Shown: positions 1-14,055 of the stretch, piece by piece | How the letters are laid out: every line of letters starts with the position of its first letter | Position numbering within the stretch: position 1 is the stretch's first letter | NCBI RefSeq assembly: GCF_009914755.1 | Contig: NC_060925.1 | Source: the human T2T-CHM13v2.0 reference genome, Homo sapiens | DNA: 64,000 nucleotides | Reading direction: 5' to 3' (one strand) | Notes under the pieces: generated by a model | What the model was told of the DNA's origin: nothing | Database searches by the model: none | Seen by the model: only the letters and a program-made list of their open reading frames with translations | Made by a program: the position numbers and the translations under genes

Positions 1-3000
1 AAGCTTGGCAGTGAAATGCCTTCCAGATAAATTTGTAGTTGGATACAGCACAATTCTGACAGTTGGCTCTAGCAAATTCTTTCAGGTTTTTAAAACTATT
101 TAATTATGAACATATGAACATAAGCCTTAATTAAGACAAATCTTTCTTCTGCCTGAATAAGAACTGCCAAAATGTCAGAGGGCAAGACTAAAAGTTCCTG
201 TCTGAACTCATTTTACAGTCTCCACATTTGCAGACTGTATAATGCTCCATACTACCAGCAATCACTCAGCACATTCTCACACTGTTTTAGGGTCACCTCT
301 TCTGCAGTAGGAACTTTGGACTTACACAATAAGAAATATATAAGGAACCACAGAGTCAGAAGCAGCTTGTACTACTCAAAGCACAATTTTCCTTTTGGGG
401 CCTCAGATCTATCCCTCAGATATTTCTTTTACCAAGACTCCCAACTATATCTTTTCAAGATTCACTGTCAAGAGACACCTGACTTTTGAGATCTTATCCT
501 CCCTTAGTATAGAAGTCCCAGTTCTCCCACTTATCCTTCTTGCCTTGGTTGAACTTTCTAAAACCTAGATCTCTTGCCATTAAAAGTGTCAAATTTCCAC
601 AAATCCACAAAATCAATCCTTTTTCTCCTATGCTATAGTCCAAGATGTTGTCCTGAAGTAATTTCAGACTATTTTTCAAAAGTTCTATTGGATCCTATGT
701 CAATTTTTTTGTGATGTTTGCTGTTCGTTTAATTCACAACATCTTTTCCTCAAACTAAACTGAACTGGCAAGAAACAGATACCAGCAAAAAACTGATACA
801 GGCAAAGTTTAAATGATTCAAAGTTTACTTCTTACATGCCTTCAACATAAAAGTTTATTAATCTTTCAAAATGAACATATTCTCTCAAACTGAAGGTATG
901 AAATTATTACAATGAAAAGAAACTAAATATATTAAATACTGTATAATTATCTCATTTATATGGCTAAGGTTATTAGCTTATATATGGTGTCTTTAAAATA
1001 ATTCCCATTTGCAGTTACATTTCAAACTGCCGATTTGACGCACCAGTCAGGAGGAATGCCACGACTCCTGCTGTGCTAAACTTACTGAAACAAATAGGAA
1101 AAACACTTTATTGTGTTTTGTTCCTGTTTTACTATTTTGTAATTGGACTACCCTACAGGAAATACTCTTCTTTATAATATATCACTAAGTTACTATAATA
1201 ATCTTGTTTCATGCTCTTCCTTTACATATATTCCTGAATTATCATTTGTCATGGGTAAAAATAGTATGACAGAAAAAAATTGAGACATTAATCAAAAAGG
1301 TGTTTTAAAATTACTGATAATGGTGATTGCTCTTAATTACATGATTGAATGTATATTCAGAGAATGAAAATATGGACACACATACTTCTATCCAAGTATC
1401 TATGAAATGGGACTACACAAAAAACAGAGAGATGAGAAATATTTTGAAAAATGTGACTTCTCCAATTTTTTAAGAAAAAGATTAACAGCATATATTTCAT
1501 TATTAAAAGACTACAAAGTTCCCCTTCTGATTATTAAATGAAATATGGCTGAAAAGTTAAAATTTCCTTGTATATAAAGCAGTCTTGAAATTCACTCCTG
1601 TAAACTATGACTTAGGGTTATATTTCATTATGCTTATATATTACCATGCGTTACATGGTTAGTTTTACCAAAGCAAATAACTTTTATGAAAAGTGCTGAT
1701 ATCTTTATTGATGAATTTAAAGTGTTAATTCAGAAAATACTTGGCAACTCCACCTCATATGTACCTGGACTTAAAATATCAAGACCATTTTTAAAGTGAA
1801 AATAACTTTGAAAATATTTTGTCACTGAAGCAGTGCAATTCATTTAAATGGTTTTAAATCGAAGTAGTTTTATGAACAATTGTGCTAAATAGCAATGAAA
1901 TTTCATTTCTAGTGAATAATGAAAAGTCTCATCACAGTCTATTAAAAAAACAAAATTTGTTGTTATATTAAACGTTATTTTTCTTGACCCTTATTCTCAT
2001 TTGTTATGAATATCTCTGAGGGAAAAACAAGAGCCTATGTAGTGGGATATAATATTCAATTTAGAAATTTATATAAATAATGCCTGTTCTTTATGTATTA
2101 TCACCACTTACTAAGGATCAAACTACAAGAATACTAAAAGATTTTACTTTACATAAAGACACATATAGAATTTTCTCAGAAATAGACACGCTTGTGAGTA
2201 GTGAAACAATTGAAAGGAATTAAACATAATCATGCAAATTACTTCCCATAATATAAAGTCCTAAAACTATTTGTGAAGTCTCAAGATGTTAAGATGCTAT
2301 ACAATTTCATTAAGAAAAATAAATGAAAACATTTATTTCATAAAACATTAATTAGACAAATTCTACAGTGTATTTTGAGTTTATCTATCCCTACAGTATG
2401 TCATTGATATTTATCTTCCTACACCAAAGTCAAAGTCATTTGATTGTGTTCACCCAAGTATAGCATACTCAATGATACAGAACTCTCTCCAGAGAAAAGA
2501 GGGAATTAAAGAAATTAGAAGATAACAGGTTGCATATTCTAGCTGTAAAAACAGACACTTCAGGATAGGTAAGTGTTTAAGTGGTCACATAAAAAGCTCA
2601 ATTAAAACTAATTTAACTTCATCTCTTAGGATTTGTAAACCTATTCTTTTGAGCATTGAACTGAGTTGACAGGACAAAGTTATCCTTAATTATTATTTAA
2701 CTAGACCAATTAATAACTAATTCTTACCAAAGTAATAAATTATTTCATTTACATATGAGGTAGCTGAAATTCTATTATGGTTTTATAAAAAAGATAAATA
2801 CTAATTTTGCACTTGATAAAATATTTTGTTAAAACAAGCAATCTAGCTACATTTTGATTCGTTTAAATGAAATATAAATTGAAAAGTAAGGATCACAGAG
2901 ATTCAGAGGCTTACTAAAAATTACAGTCAGTCCCACTGACAGAGCCAGATGCAGAACCCTGGGAATGTAGGAGACCAACTAAAAGGCAAAGCAAATGAAT

Positions 3001-3429
3001 TTGGGGATTGAAATGTTGAGTCTGAAGTTTTTGAAGAACAATCAAATGTCAAACAAACATTTAAAACTGTAAGTTTGAGATTCAAGAGGGTGACTAGGGC
3101 AGAGAACACAGACTTGAGAGACACTGATACACACAGTGGATAAGAGCCAAAGAATAGAACATGAACATAGAGTGAGAACAGGACCAGGCACGAAACTTTC
3201 TTACGTGTCCAGATTTTAAAGAAAATATAGGGGAAAAAAGACAGTGGGTTAAATATTTTGCTTGAAATAAACAAAACAGAAAGTAAATTATTTTAAAAAG
3301 CACAGTTTTGTCTTCCTTTAAACATAATGATATGTAGTTGCTTATATTCAATCAATCCATGACTTTGATTACCAAAACAATGTGCTGAGGTAGACACAGA
3401 AAGGAATTTCACCTTCTAGGCATAATGTA

Positions 3430-4130
3430 GTAAGTCACAGGAGGCCAGTGAATGTTCTCTCTGCTAAAATCTAGAAAAAGCTGGATAAACCACAACACCA
3501 TATTTTTTAGAGGCATAAGAGATCTGAGAAAGCAAGGAGAAGTAGACAAACAAAAGTTCCTAAGAGAGGAGAACTTTCTTAAAATGGGCTAAGGAGAAAT
3601 CAGCAAAACGTTTAATGATCACCGGCACAGGCGGAGGGGTGTTATAATTGGAAAATTAAGAGAACAAACACATCTGTTTCCCCACTGGACACATACTGAA
3701 TTCAAGAGGTTTGTGGGAGGCTAAAAAAGAGAGGCTAGAAGCTTCCAAAATACAGAAATAAACAAAATGAATGAGGGTTCAGGAGAAGCATAAAATGTAA
3801 ACTGTCAGACCTGAAAGAAAAAAACTGACCAAATTCAAATCATAGTTGGAGATTTTAGCAACCCTCTATCAGAATCATAAATAAATGACAGTAATGATAC
3901 TGAAGAGCTAGATAAATCTACCTATTGCCTCAATCTAACTGATATTTATAGAACACTAAATCCAACAATTGCAGAATAAACATTTTTGTCAAGTTCACAC
4001 AAAACATTCACCAAGAATAGACCACATGCAGGGACAAAAATCAAGTTTCAAAATATAATCTTACACATTTTATTTTCTTGCCATAATGGAAGAAAATTAG
4101 AAGTCAATAACAGTAAAATCTAGAAGAAAA
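3430..4130 (+). mobile_element. Old L1M fragments (5' region and ORF2 endonuclease remnant)
   Basis: ATAGTTGGAGATTTTAGCAACCCTCTATCA (IVGDF.TPLS-like) and ACATTCACCAAGAATAGACCACATG (TFSKIDHM-like) endonuclease motifs at ~3840-4030. Confidence 0.7.
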
Positions 4131-4134
4131 TGCA

Positions 4135-6700
4135 GTTGTTTCACATCTTCACCAAAATTTGGGTTTTGCCAGTGTTCTTAATATTCATCATACAAGTGGG
4201 TATAAAATAGTATGTTACTGTTGTTTTAATTTGTGTTTTCCTGATGACTAATGATGTTGAGCACACTCTCAGGTTTCTACTGGATGTGTGTATATCATCT
4301 TTTGGGACATTTTTTACTCAAATATTTTGACTATTTTTAAAAATTGTACATACTTCCTTTTTTAGAATATTTTAGGTTCACAGCAAAATTCAAAGGAATG
4401 CAGAGTTCCCATATTTCTGCTACCCCCACACAAGCAAAAACTCCCTCACCATCAACATTCTGAATCAGAGTACTACACTTATTACAATGATGAACTAACA
4501 TTGACACATCATTATCACACAAAGTTCATAGTTTACATTAGAAATCAATTTTAGTGTTGTATATCCTAAGGCCTTTGACAAATGTATAATAATATGGATC
4601 TATCATGATAGTATCATACGAAGTATTCTCACTCTCCTAAAAATCCTCTGTGCCTCACCTATTCATCTCTTCATCTTAAACCCCTGGCAACCCCTCATAT
4701 TTTCACTGTCTTTTAGTTTTGCCTTTTCCAGGATGTCATACATTTGGAATAATACAGTGTGTAATCATTTCAGATTGATTTCTTTCATTTAGTAATAAGC
4801 ATTTAACTGTACTCCATGTCTTCTCTGACCTGATAGCTCATTTATTTTTAACTCTAAATAATATTCCTTTGTCTGGATGTACCACAATTTATTTAGGCTT
4901 TCATCTTCTAAAGAACATATTGGTTAGTTCAAAGTCTAACAATTATGAATAAAACTGCAGTAAACATCCGTGTGCAGGTTTTTGTGTGGACATAAGTTTT
5001 CAATTACTTTGGGTAAATGCCAAAAATGCAATTGCTGGACTGGATAGTAAGAGTATGTTTAATTGTGTAAGAAAGTGCCAAACTGCCTTCCAAAGTGGCT
5101 TTACTAATTTTGCATTCCCAGCAAAAATGAATGACAGTCCCTTTTGCTCCACATTCTCATCAACATTTGGTTGTGTCAGTGTTCTGGATTTTGGCCATCC
5201 TAATTGTGTAGTGGTATCTGTTGTTTTAATTTGCAATTCCCTAATGACATATTTTCACATGGTTATTTGCCATCTGTATATCTTTCTTGATGAGGTGTAT
5301 GTTCAGATCTCTTGCCCATTTTAAAATCAGGTTATTTTCTTATTGTTGGATTTTAGTGCTTCTTTTTATATTTTTATGTCATTTATTTATCTGTTATGTT
5401 TCTTTCATAAAATTTTTAACCAGTCTGTAGCTTATCTTTTCATTTCCTTGACAGTGTCTTTTGCAGAGCAGAAGTATTTAATTGTAATAAAGTCTAACTT
5501 ATCAATTGTTTATTTCATGGATCATGCCTTTGGATTTGTATCTAAAATGTTATCACCAAATCCAATAACATCTATATTTTCTATGTTATCTTCTCAGAAT
5601 ATAGTAGGCATGTGTTTTCTATTTAGTTCTACACTTCATTTTGAGTTAATGTTTGTGAAAGGTGTTAGATCTGTGTCCAGTGTGTCTAGATTTTTTTTTA
5701 GCATGTGTATGTCCAGTGGTTCCAGTATCATTTATCGATTGAAATGCCTTTGCACCTTTGTCAAAGACAAGTTGATTATGTAGGCCTATTTCTGGGCTCT
5801 GTATTCCAGCTCATTGATCGTGTCTATCCTTTCAATAACACCACATTGCCTTGACTACTGCAGCTTTACAGTAAGTCTTAAATTTGGGTACTGTCAATTC
5901 TCAGACTTTGTTCTCCTTCAATATATGTTAGTTATTCTGAGTCTTCTGCTTTTCTATATAAGGTTTGGAATCATTTTGTCCATAAGCAAGATATAACCTC
6001 CTGATATTTTGATTGTAATTACATTGAATCTGTGGAACAATTTGGAAAGAACCAACATCTTGAGAATTGTGAGTATTCCTGTCCAGAAACACAAAAGATG
6101 TTTCCATTTATTTTGTTTCTCTTCAATTTCTTTCACCATATTTTTATAGATTTCCTCATATAGATTTTGTACCTATGTTATGAGATTTATTAAATATTTC
6201 CTTTTTTGGTGCTAATTTAAATGATATTATCTTTTAAATTTCAAATTCTTATTGTGCATTGCTGACATATATGAAAACAATTAACTTTTGTATATTAATC
6301 TTGTATCTGGCAACCTTGCCTATTAGTAAGGAACTAATAATTGTTGATTAGTTCTAGGAAATTTTTTGGTCAATTTTTAGGATTTCCTACATGGACAATC
6401 ATGTCATCTGTGGACAAATGTAGTTTCATTTATTTCTTCCCAAACTGTACACCTTTATTTTCTTTTCTTTCTCATCACATTAGCTAGTGCTGCCAGTATG
6501 ATGCCAAAAAGCACTGGTCAGAACGAACATCCTTGCCTTGTTCCCAATCTTACCAGGTCTTAAATTGGGGTTTATATCTTTTTATTATTTAAAATATTTA
6601 TTTATATATCCATAATCTTTAAAAAATATAATAAATATATGGAGTAATTTTATTTTGTAAAAACACTGCCAAACTGTCTTCCAAAGAGGCCATAAACTTT
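4135..6700 (-). mobile_element. L1MC1/L1MD-type 3' end with ORF2 part (~4340-6555), apparently nested in an older antisense L1M
   Basis: TTTTAGGTTCACAGCAAAATT...CATTGACACATCATTATCAC 3'UTR signature and antisense ORF2 (CCAAACTGCCTTCCAAAGTGG, GAACATCCTTGCCTTGTTCC). Older L1-like sequence flanks both sides. Confidence 0.85.
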
Positions 6701-6869
6701 AAGTGACTCTTTCACTGCATTTGAAAAGTTTTCATGTTTAATTTCATTGTTCAGTTCAAAATATTTTTTTAATTTCCCATTATTTATTTTCTGACCTATG
6801 GTTATTTTGAAGTGTTAATTTCTCAATGTTTAGACCAGTATGGCTAAATATGAGAGATAAATTGAGTTC

Positions 6870-7750
6870 TAAAATATAAAGTCATGGAGGCAGTAGAGGG
6901 GATCAGGATCACATAGGGCATTGTCAGAATTTTGACTTTAAGTGCAGTTTGAAATCACTAGTGGGTTTTGAACAGAAGAGAAATATGATTTGACCAAATT
7001 AAAAGATCACTCAAGCTCCTGTGTGAAGAACAGTCTTTATGGATACCAGTTACAAGAGTAATCTTCAACCATGACTGCATTCTGAAATTATCTGCAATGG
7101 GATGCTTCAAAAACACTGATGCTAACTGCTACCTCTCCAACACATACACATACACACACAGACACGTGATTCATGCATGCCTGTGATTCTCATTTAATTG
7201 ATCTGAAGTTTGTATTGGGATTCTGTTAACCACCCTCACCACACCTCCAGCCCAAGATGTCAGCTGTTACAATAGCCAGCAATTACGGTGGCTTGGACTG
7301 AAGTGGTAGTCTTAGAGGCTGTCAGTCTTTTAATATTTTGGATATATTTTTAAAGGAGAGTCAACAATAGTTTCCGATTGACTGAGTGTAGAATACGAGG
7401 GATGGTTTAAAAAAGACTAGAAGAGTCAAGGACTACCTAAAATTTGGGAGTAAGCTAACTTCTGTTGAACTACAAGACAAATCAGTGGTCACAGGGAGAT
7501 GCAGGATAGCTGAGGTACCATGTAGTATACACAATATCACAGAATTAAGTGTCTGAGGTAACTGTGAGAGTAGGTGACTGGGTTAAGGTGGAGAACCAAA
7601 AATACTGGAGAAGAATTGAAGGAATAGAGGCCAGCTACTGAACGCCTCATCTATGTAGGTTATTGAATTAACAAAGAATCAGGACAAAAGTTGGACAAAG
7701 CGAGCCCAGAGACAAACTTTATAAAGAATGAGGAGTGTGACCAAAGGATC
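6870..7750 (-). mobile_element. L2 fragments, with a probable MER5-type hAT MITE at ~7060-7240
   Basis: L2-like GGTTTTGAACAGAAGAGAAATATGATTTGA..AAAAGATCACTC and GGTGGCTTGGACT; MER5-like CTTCAACCATGACTGCA..GATTCTCATTTAATTGATCTG. Confidence 0.55.
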
Positions 7751-7849
7751 CATAGGTGTCTACAGGAAGGATGGGTAACAGGCAATATGATATAATGGGA
7801 ATCACATTTTATAGATTTCCAGAAGAGAAAGGTAAAATAAACAAGCATC

Positions 7850-8181
<332 letters not shown>

Positions 8182-8658
8182 TTACCCATCTCGCTTAATA
8201 CAACAGATGTGAAGAGAAAACAGCATCATGTGTTAAATAATTATATAGCATATCATCCTATTTTCCCTTTAATTACACATTAAAGGGAGTGAATATTTAA
8301 ATTTGATATTGTCAAATAAACCTGCAAAGAAACATTCTACTAATGTACACTCTCACCAATACAGTTCCCTATCCATCCAGTTACACCAGAGACCTGACTG
8401 TTAATTCTCTTCTCCCATCCTTCACATTTTACATCCTAAACATCTCTCCAATCCCTGCACATTACTTGAGCTCTAATATCCATATTAGAGCTCTCATATC
8501 CATCTCTTACCAAAACCAGTATGACAGGCTCCCATGCAGACTCTCTGTATTCATTTTAGATCCTTCTGAACCTTTTTATTTCAGCCAGAGTGATATTTTT
8601 AAAAATTCTACAATTATGGTGATATATCTCAAAAGCTTAATTATTTTACATACTTACC

Positions 8659-8718
8659 TAGTATACGAAATACTCCTAGTATAGAGAGTATTTAGTAATA
8701 CGAAATACTCCTAGTATA
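8659..8718. repeat. Two-copy ~34-bp duplication with an internal inverted repeat
   Basis: TAGT(A)ATACGAAATACTCCTAGTATA twice; AAATACTC...GAGTATTT arms. Confidence 0.85.
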
Positions 8719-8950
8719 AAGACAAAATTTCTCAATGGGGTTTCCCAAGGTTGGCCCCTACCTATAGCTTCAACCTCATCTCCCACAATGTAACTCCGTA
8801 CCCTCTGCGTTTTTCATATTGGTCTTCAGTTACTTTCATCTACCCCATGCCCACAAATACTTTACATCAGAAAACTCTCATTTATACACTGGCCTATTTT
8901 CTTAGCCTATATCCACTTACCCTTCTTTCAGACTTCAGCTTGATTAACTC

Positions 8951-9023
8951 TTTGTTGAAGACTCCCCTGTCAAATCTTCCTATAATTTGTTGAAGACTCC
9001 CCTGTCAAATCTTCCTATAATTT
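8951..9023. repeat. Perfect 35-bp tandem duplication
   Basis: TTTGTTGAAGACTCCCCTGTCAAATCTTCCTATAA x2. Confidence 0.95.
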
Positions 9024-11754
9024 ACACTCTTAGCAACACTTCTTCCTCTTTGTAGAATTATCTTAGTTACAATTTTATATACATTTGTGTGGTTATTTGA
9101 TCAGTGCCACCTGCCTGCCCGTTATCCAATTTTCATGAGGATAAAGCTCATGAAAATTTGCTCATAACTGTATCTCCAGTTTCTACTTGTACTTTGTATA
9201 TGTAAGAACTCAATAAATATTTGAAAGACTAAACCAGGTGTAAGAGTATCTCCACAAATGTTCAATGCCACTGTGCCTTCAATGGCCTTACACTATAATT
9301 CTTAAACTAGAGTCATCCCTTAGATATAAATGCTAGTAGTATTCACAAATACAAACATTGCTCAAAACAATAAATATTTCAATGTAATAACCCCTCTTTC
9401 TTAAAGAAAACCTCTAAAATGTCATAGATTAGATCTCAGCCCCTTGCACATAAAAAATAACTTTGTTTCGAAACTTCAGTTTTACAATCAATCAGTATTC
9501 TTAATTCCATCTTAATACACATACTAAAATTTAAAACTATATTAAAATACATAATCATGTTGCAAACATACATAACTTTTCCCCTATTATAATCTCCAAA
9601 TTGTAGGCTGAAATTCAAAGTGTATATGATAGTGCACTGTAACTCTTAGCTATAAATAGTTCTTATAAAGCCTAATACCCTTTAATTATCAATCACAGAT
9701 AAAGAGTCTGAGGTCATTAAATAAATTAATTTAAAACTATAAAAAAAGTGATACATACACATTTGAAGGTATCATTAAGATTAGAAAATCACTATAAGTG
9801 GAAATTTTAGAAAACAATACAACAGTCATCTCTTTCTGGTGATAACTTCTTTCTTTCCTCATCAGTTATTATATAGCTGTGACTATTTTCAGATTTTCCT
9901 TTACCCACTGCTTCTTCCCCACTGGTTTTGCTTTAATCTTCCCTCATGATTTTAGAATTAATAAATGCATGCTGATGACTTAAAACATTTTATGCACATC
10001 ACTGGCTTCCATCTAAATACTTTCAAAAAACCACCTCTTTTGACAGTAAATCTACCCCTAGGCACTAAGCTTTGAAAGCAGGAATTGAGGGCTGTTCATT
10101 CTTATACCTTAGCACCCAGCCTTGTGCCTGGTATTTGACAGGCCTCATAAATTAACTGAATTTAATGATCAAGAACAGAAAAAGATTTGCCTCATATTGT
10201 TTTTAGTAACTACAATCACTTTCTGTATAATTAGAGATAAACCTGAAATGTGATAAGCCATTCAAAAATATTCAATCTGAATCATGGTGCAAGGAATGTG
10301 TGTGTATAATATTTATGTATGTCTTCAAACACTAAGGACTTTTTTCCAAAGTACATTTTTAAGACTGAGTACCCTAACAGTAACACAATAATCTAGATTT
10401 AGTCAAGTCAAATTTATCTACTATGCTATATATTTATGAGGATACAAAATATAAAACTTGGCTTATGGAGAGGTATTCATGGTCCTAAATTATTTGGCAT
10501 TTTAAAAAATACTCTATTTCTGGGCATCATCATATTTAAAATGTATTTGTTTTTATAAACAAGCAGAAAAATCATAATCACAGGCATACAATGATTCAGG
10601 TATGTCTAGAAATTATTAGTTTGCTCATATTAATTATAGGTTTCAAAGAGTATACGTTAGTATTGATATAGTCAAGAAACCCTTCTGCAATAACTATGTC
10701 ATCTATGGAAATATGTGTGACAAAAATATTTATCATGCTCTTTAAAAACAGACAGGTACTTTGGTGGAAGTACTGAAAGAACAATCAATTCTCAAAAAAT
10801 TTCAGATGAACAGATTATAATCCCGAGTAAATATGAAATGCAGGACAAGTCTTGTATTAATGCCAAAGAACAATAGACTTTCATTTTGGTGGAATGCCCC
10901 ATACAAGGAACAACTTTCAGACTGCAGTTAATGGTAGTGACTGGCTCGAACTGGCTACCCAATGTATTTAAATTATTTAATATAGCTTCCTCATATGCAA
11001 TCATCTACCTTTAATTATGTGTCAAAACTAGTAATTATTTTCATTCACAGGAAGAAAATTCTTATCATTTTTTCACTACTAAAAAGAAAAAAAATCTGAT
11101 TCCCCAAACAGCTTTTTCATCCAAGCTGTTTAAATTTCAACCCAATTCTTACCTCTGGGTGAGAAATGTCTCAAGCAATATTCCCTCCCAGAATATGAAA
11201 TTATAAACATCATCTAAGAGGATGAAGAAATGAAATATGAAGAAAAAATATGACAATGACAAATATAATGCCAGTAAGTAATTTAACCTTATTGTAAATC
11301 ATTTTTCTTTCCCCATCTAAAAGAAAAAAAAGAATTACTCTAAACTCTCCTGAAAGATAGAGAAAGATGCTAGCAAGATAATTGGTTTGTAAACATAGCA
11401 CAGATATCAACTAAGAGTATTACCTCTGTGGTCCAATGACAAACACCCATTTCCACTAAAAATTGATGTTATGGAAGATCTCTAAATAAAATTACTACTA
11501 TTACTTCTATTCCCCAGCCAAAATAATGTCCCTTAAAGTGGGACAGAGCGATAAGCCTGAAGTTAGAAAACATACTAAATTAAACTAAATTTCCTAGACC
11601 CCTTGGGAAACATTAGGAAGACTGATCTTTAAATATCTGTATATAATTTCATGATATCTATTATTTTATTCCTGTATTCCTTTAATGAAGCTTTCTCTAA
11701 TATGTGCATAAAGTGTACTGACAAAGTACTTTTATCCCATGGCCTAGATAGGAA

Positions 11755-11761
11755 ACACACA

Positions 11762-11798
<37 letters not shown>
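11755..11798 (+). repeat. (CA)n microsatellite
   Basis: Directly visible, one GA interruption. Confidence 0.95.
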
Positions 11799-11800
<2 letters not shown>

Positions 11801-11819
11801 CTAAAATTTTCTGAGAGGT

Positions 11820-11910
11820 AATGAGTTCTGCAAGAGGAATGAGTCTGGGTTCAAATTCTGGCTCCTTCAATTTTGTGCCATATGCCCAAATTACTTTACC
11901 TCTTTCATTC
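11820..11910 (+). mobile_element. MIR fragment
   Basis: CTGGGTTCAAATTCTGGCTC...AAATTACTTTACCTCT core-like sequence. Confidence 0.55.
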
Positions 11911-12482
11911 AATTTTTATTCACCTAACCTTTATTGATCTCTTTTGGAAAAGATGACACTGAAGCTGAGAGCTGAATAGCAAGAAGCAGCAAGGCATGGA
12001 AGAGCCCATGTAAGAAGGAGCCCAGGTAAGCATCAGGTCCAAGCCTGGAAAGTTTTAGGGATGGAAAGACGGTTGGTCAGAAGCTTTGTGAGCAAGGCTG
12101 AAAGAGGTTAGACATATGGTTAATGAGTCAGAGGAAGATCACAAAGGTTTTTGCAAGACAAGTTAGGAGTAAGGAATTTGTCATTTATTCTAAGTAAAAT
12201 AGCAAGCCTTTGGAGAGAAAGGTCACAATTTGGTTCATCCTGGTGATCTGTGGAAAATGGATTTTTAAGGAAAGAATGTAAAAAGGGAAATTAGTAGTTC
12301 AGATGAGAGGTAAGGAGGGTAGCAGGGGAGAAACAAAACTGGACAGATTCCAAGGATATAGCTTTAACAGGAATTTTTATACAACTTTCTTACTGATTAG
12401 ATGCGCATGTGAGAGAGAAAATTTTTTCCACGAATTCCAGATTTGTAGTTCAAATAACTAAAGATGATGCTACTGCCATTTA

Positions 12483-12746
<264 letters not shown>

Positions 12747-12762
<16 letters not shown>

Positions 12763-12966
12763 AGAAAGAGGAAAGAAAGAAAGGAAGGAGAGAAAGAAAG
12801 AAAGAAAGGAGAGAAAGAAAGAAAGACAAAGAGAGAAAGGAAAGGAAAAGGGAAAGGGAAAAGGAAAAGGAAAGGAGGAAGGAAGGAAGGAGAGAGAGAG
12901 AAAGAGGGAGAAAGAAAGAAAGAAAAGAGAAGAAAGAAAAGAGAAGAGAAGAGAAAAGAAAAGAAG
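12747..12966 (+). repeat. Compound polypurine tract (A)n(GAAA)n(GGAAAA)n(GGAA)n grown from the Alu tail
   Basis: ~220 nt of A/G with a single C. Confidence 0.95.
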
Positions 12967-13897
12967 TCCAGATCCAGATATCACCTTTGGATATGTTAAA
13001 TTTGGGTTGTTATTTACATACTGAAGTGGCTAAGTCAAGTGTCTCATTGAAGTGTAAAGCTGAAGTTTTTTTAGGGGAGACATCAAAAGTAGAGATGAAA
13101 GTATGGCAGTTATCATCAAATAGATGGTTATCTAAGGAAAGAAATGATAACTACCTAGGAACAGAGGAGAAAATAGTAGAAACAAGGCATTCCAATTTTA
13201 TGTCCTATAATATGTCAATATTTAGACATTGAAAAGAGGAGGACATAGCTGCCAAGGAGAGTTAAAAGGAGTGGCCAATGAAGCAGGGGAAGAATAAAAT
13301 GATGTAAAGTAACTTAAGCCTAGGAGGAAAAATGTTTCAAGAAAGGATAGTCAATTGAAGCAAATGCTGCAGACCAGTCAAGTACAAATTACAGATTTGG
13401 CAACACAGAGCACTCTCACTGAACAGACAGCAAGAGATGTCCAGGTGGAGTGGATTAAGGTGAGACCAGGAGATTAGAAAATGAAAAACCTTTATTGACA
13501 ACTCTTTCATTAGGCTTTGAGGGTGAGGAGCAAAATGGAGTGGCACCTGGAGAGGAAAATGTAGACAGGTTTCATTTATTTGTTTGTCTTTAAGATGCAC
13601 AATATGCAAGTATGAAGATGTAAATAACCATGTAAAAGCAAAAATTAACGTTTCAGGAGAGAGAGAGTAATTACACAAGGGAAACTTTTGAAAAGACTAG
13701 AGGAAATGGGATCCAGATCACAAGTGAAGGTGTTGGCCTTTGACAGGAGCAAGGCCTTTCCAGCCACCATATGAAGCCATTGAAATTAGGGTTTATTCCC
13801 AGTTCACTGCATATCTGCACATATCACAACAGCTGTCACCAAATAACATCTTGCACATCAATAAAACACCAAGAACATTTACATTTTTAATTTTTAA

Positions 13898-14055
13898 TTT
13901 TTTTTTTTTTAGGAGATGGATTCTCACTACATTGCCTAGGCTAGAGTGCAATGGCTATTCACAGGTGTGGACACTGTACACTATAGCCTCATACTCCTTG
14001 TGACTCAAGTGGTACTCACACCTTAGCCTCCTGAGTAGCTGGGACTACAGGTGCC
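13898..14055 (-). mobile_element. FAM (fossil Alu monomer)
   Basis: Antisense monomer with the FAM-type GGCTATTCACAGG...CACTATAGCCTC segment. Confidence 0.8.

Larger units (their letters stand above)
8370..9230 (+). mobile_element. L2 (3' part)
   Basis: CAGCCAGAGTGATATTTTTAAAA, TTCAACCTCATCTCCCAC, and an L2 3' end ACTCAATAAATATTTG at ~9210-9224. Confidence 0.75.

Noticed and set aside
1-6. Window starts exactly at AAGCTT (HindIII site)
   Set aside because: At most a clone-end or windowing artefact; no vector sequence follows.
1-5000. Annotated antisense lncRNA (DPYD-AS2) or miRNA genes
   Set aside because: No sequence feature here lets me place them; no pre-miRNA, tRNA or snRNA structure recognised in the window.
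4986-6139. Several 60-146-aa ORFs
   Set aside because: Sense and antisense readings of decayed L1 ORF2.
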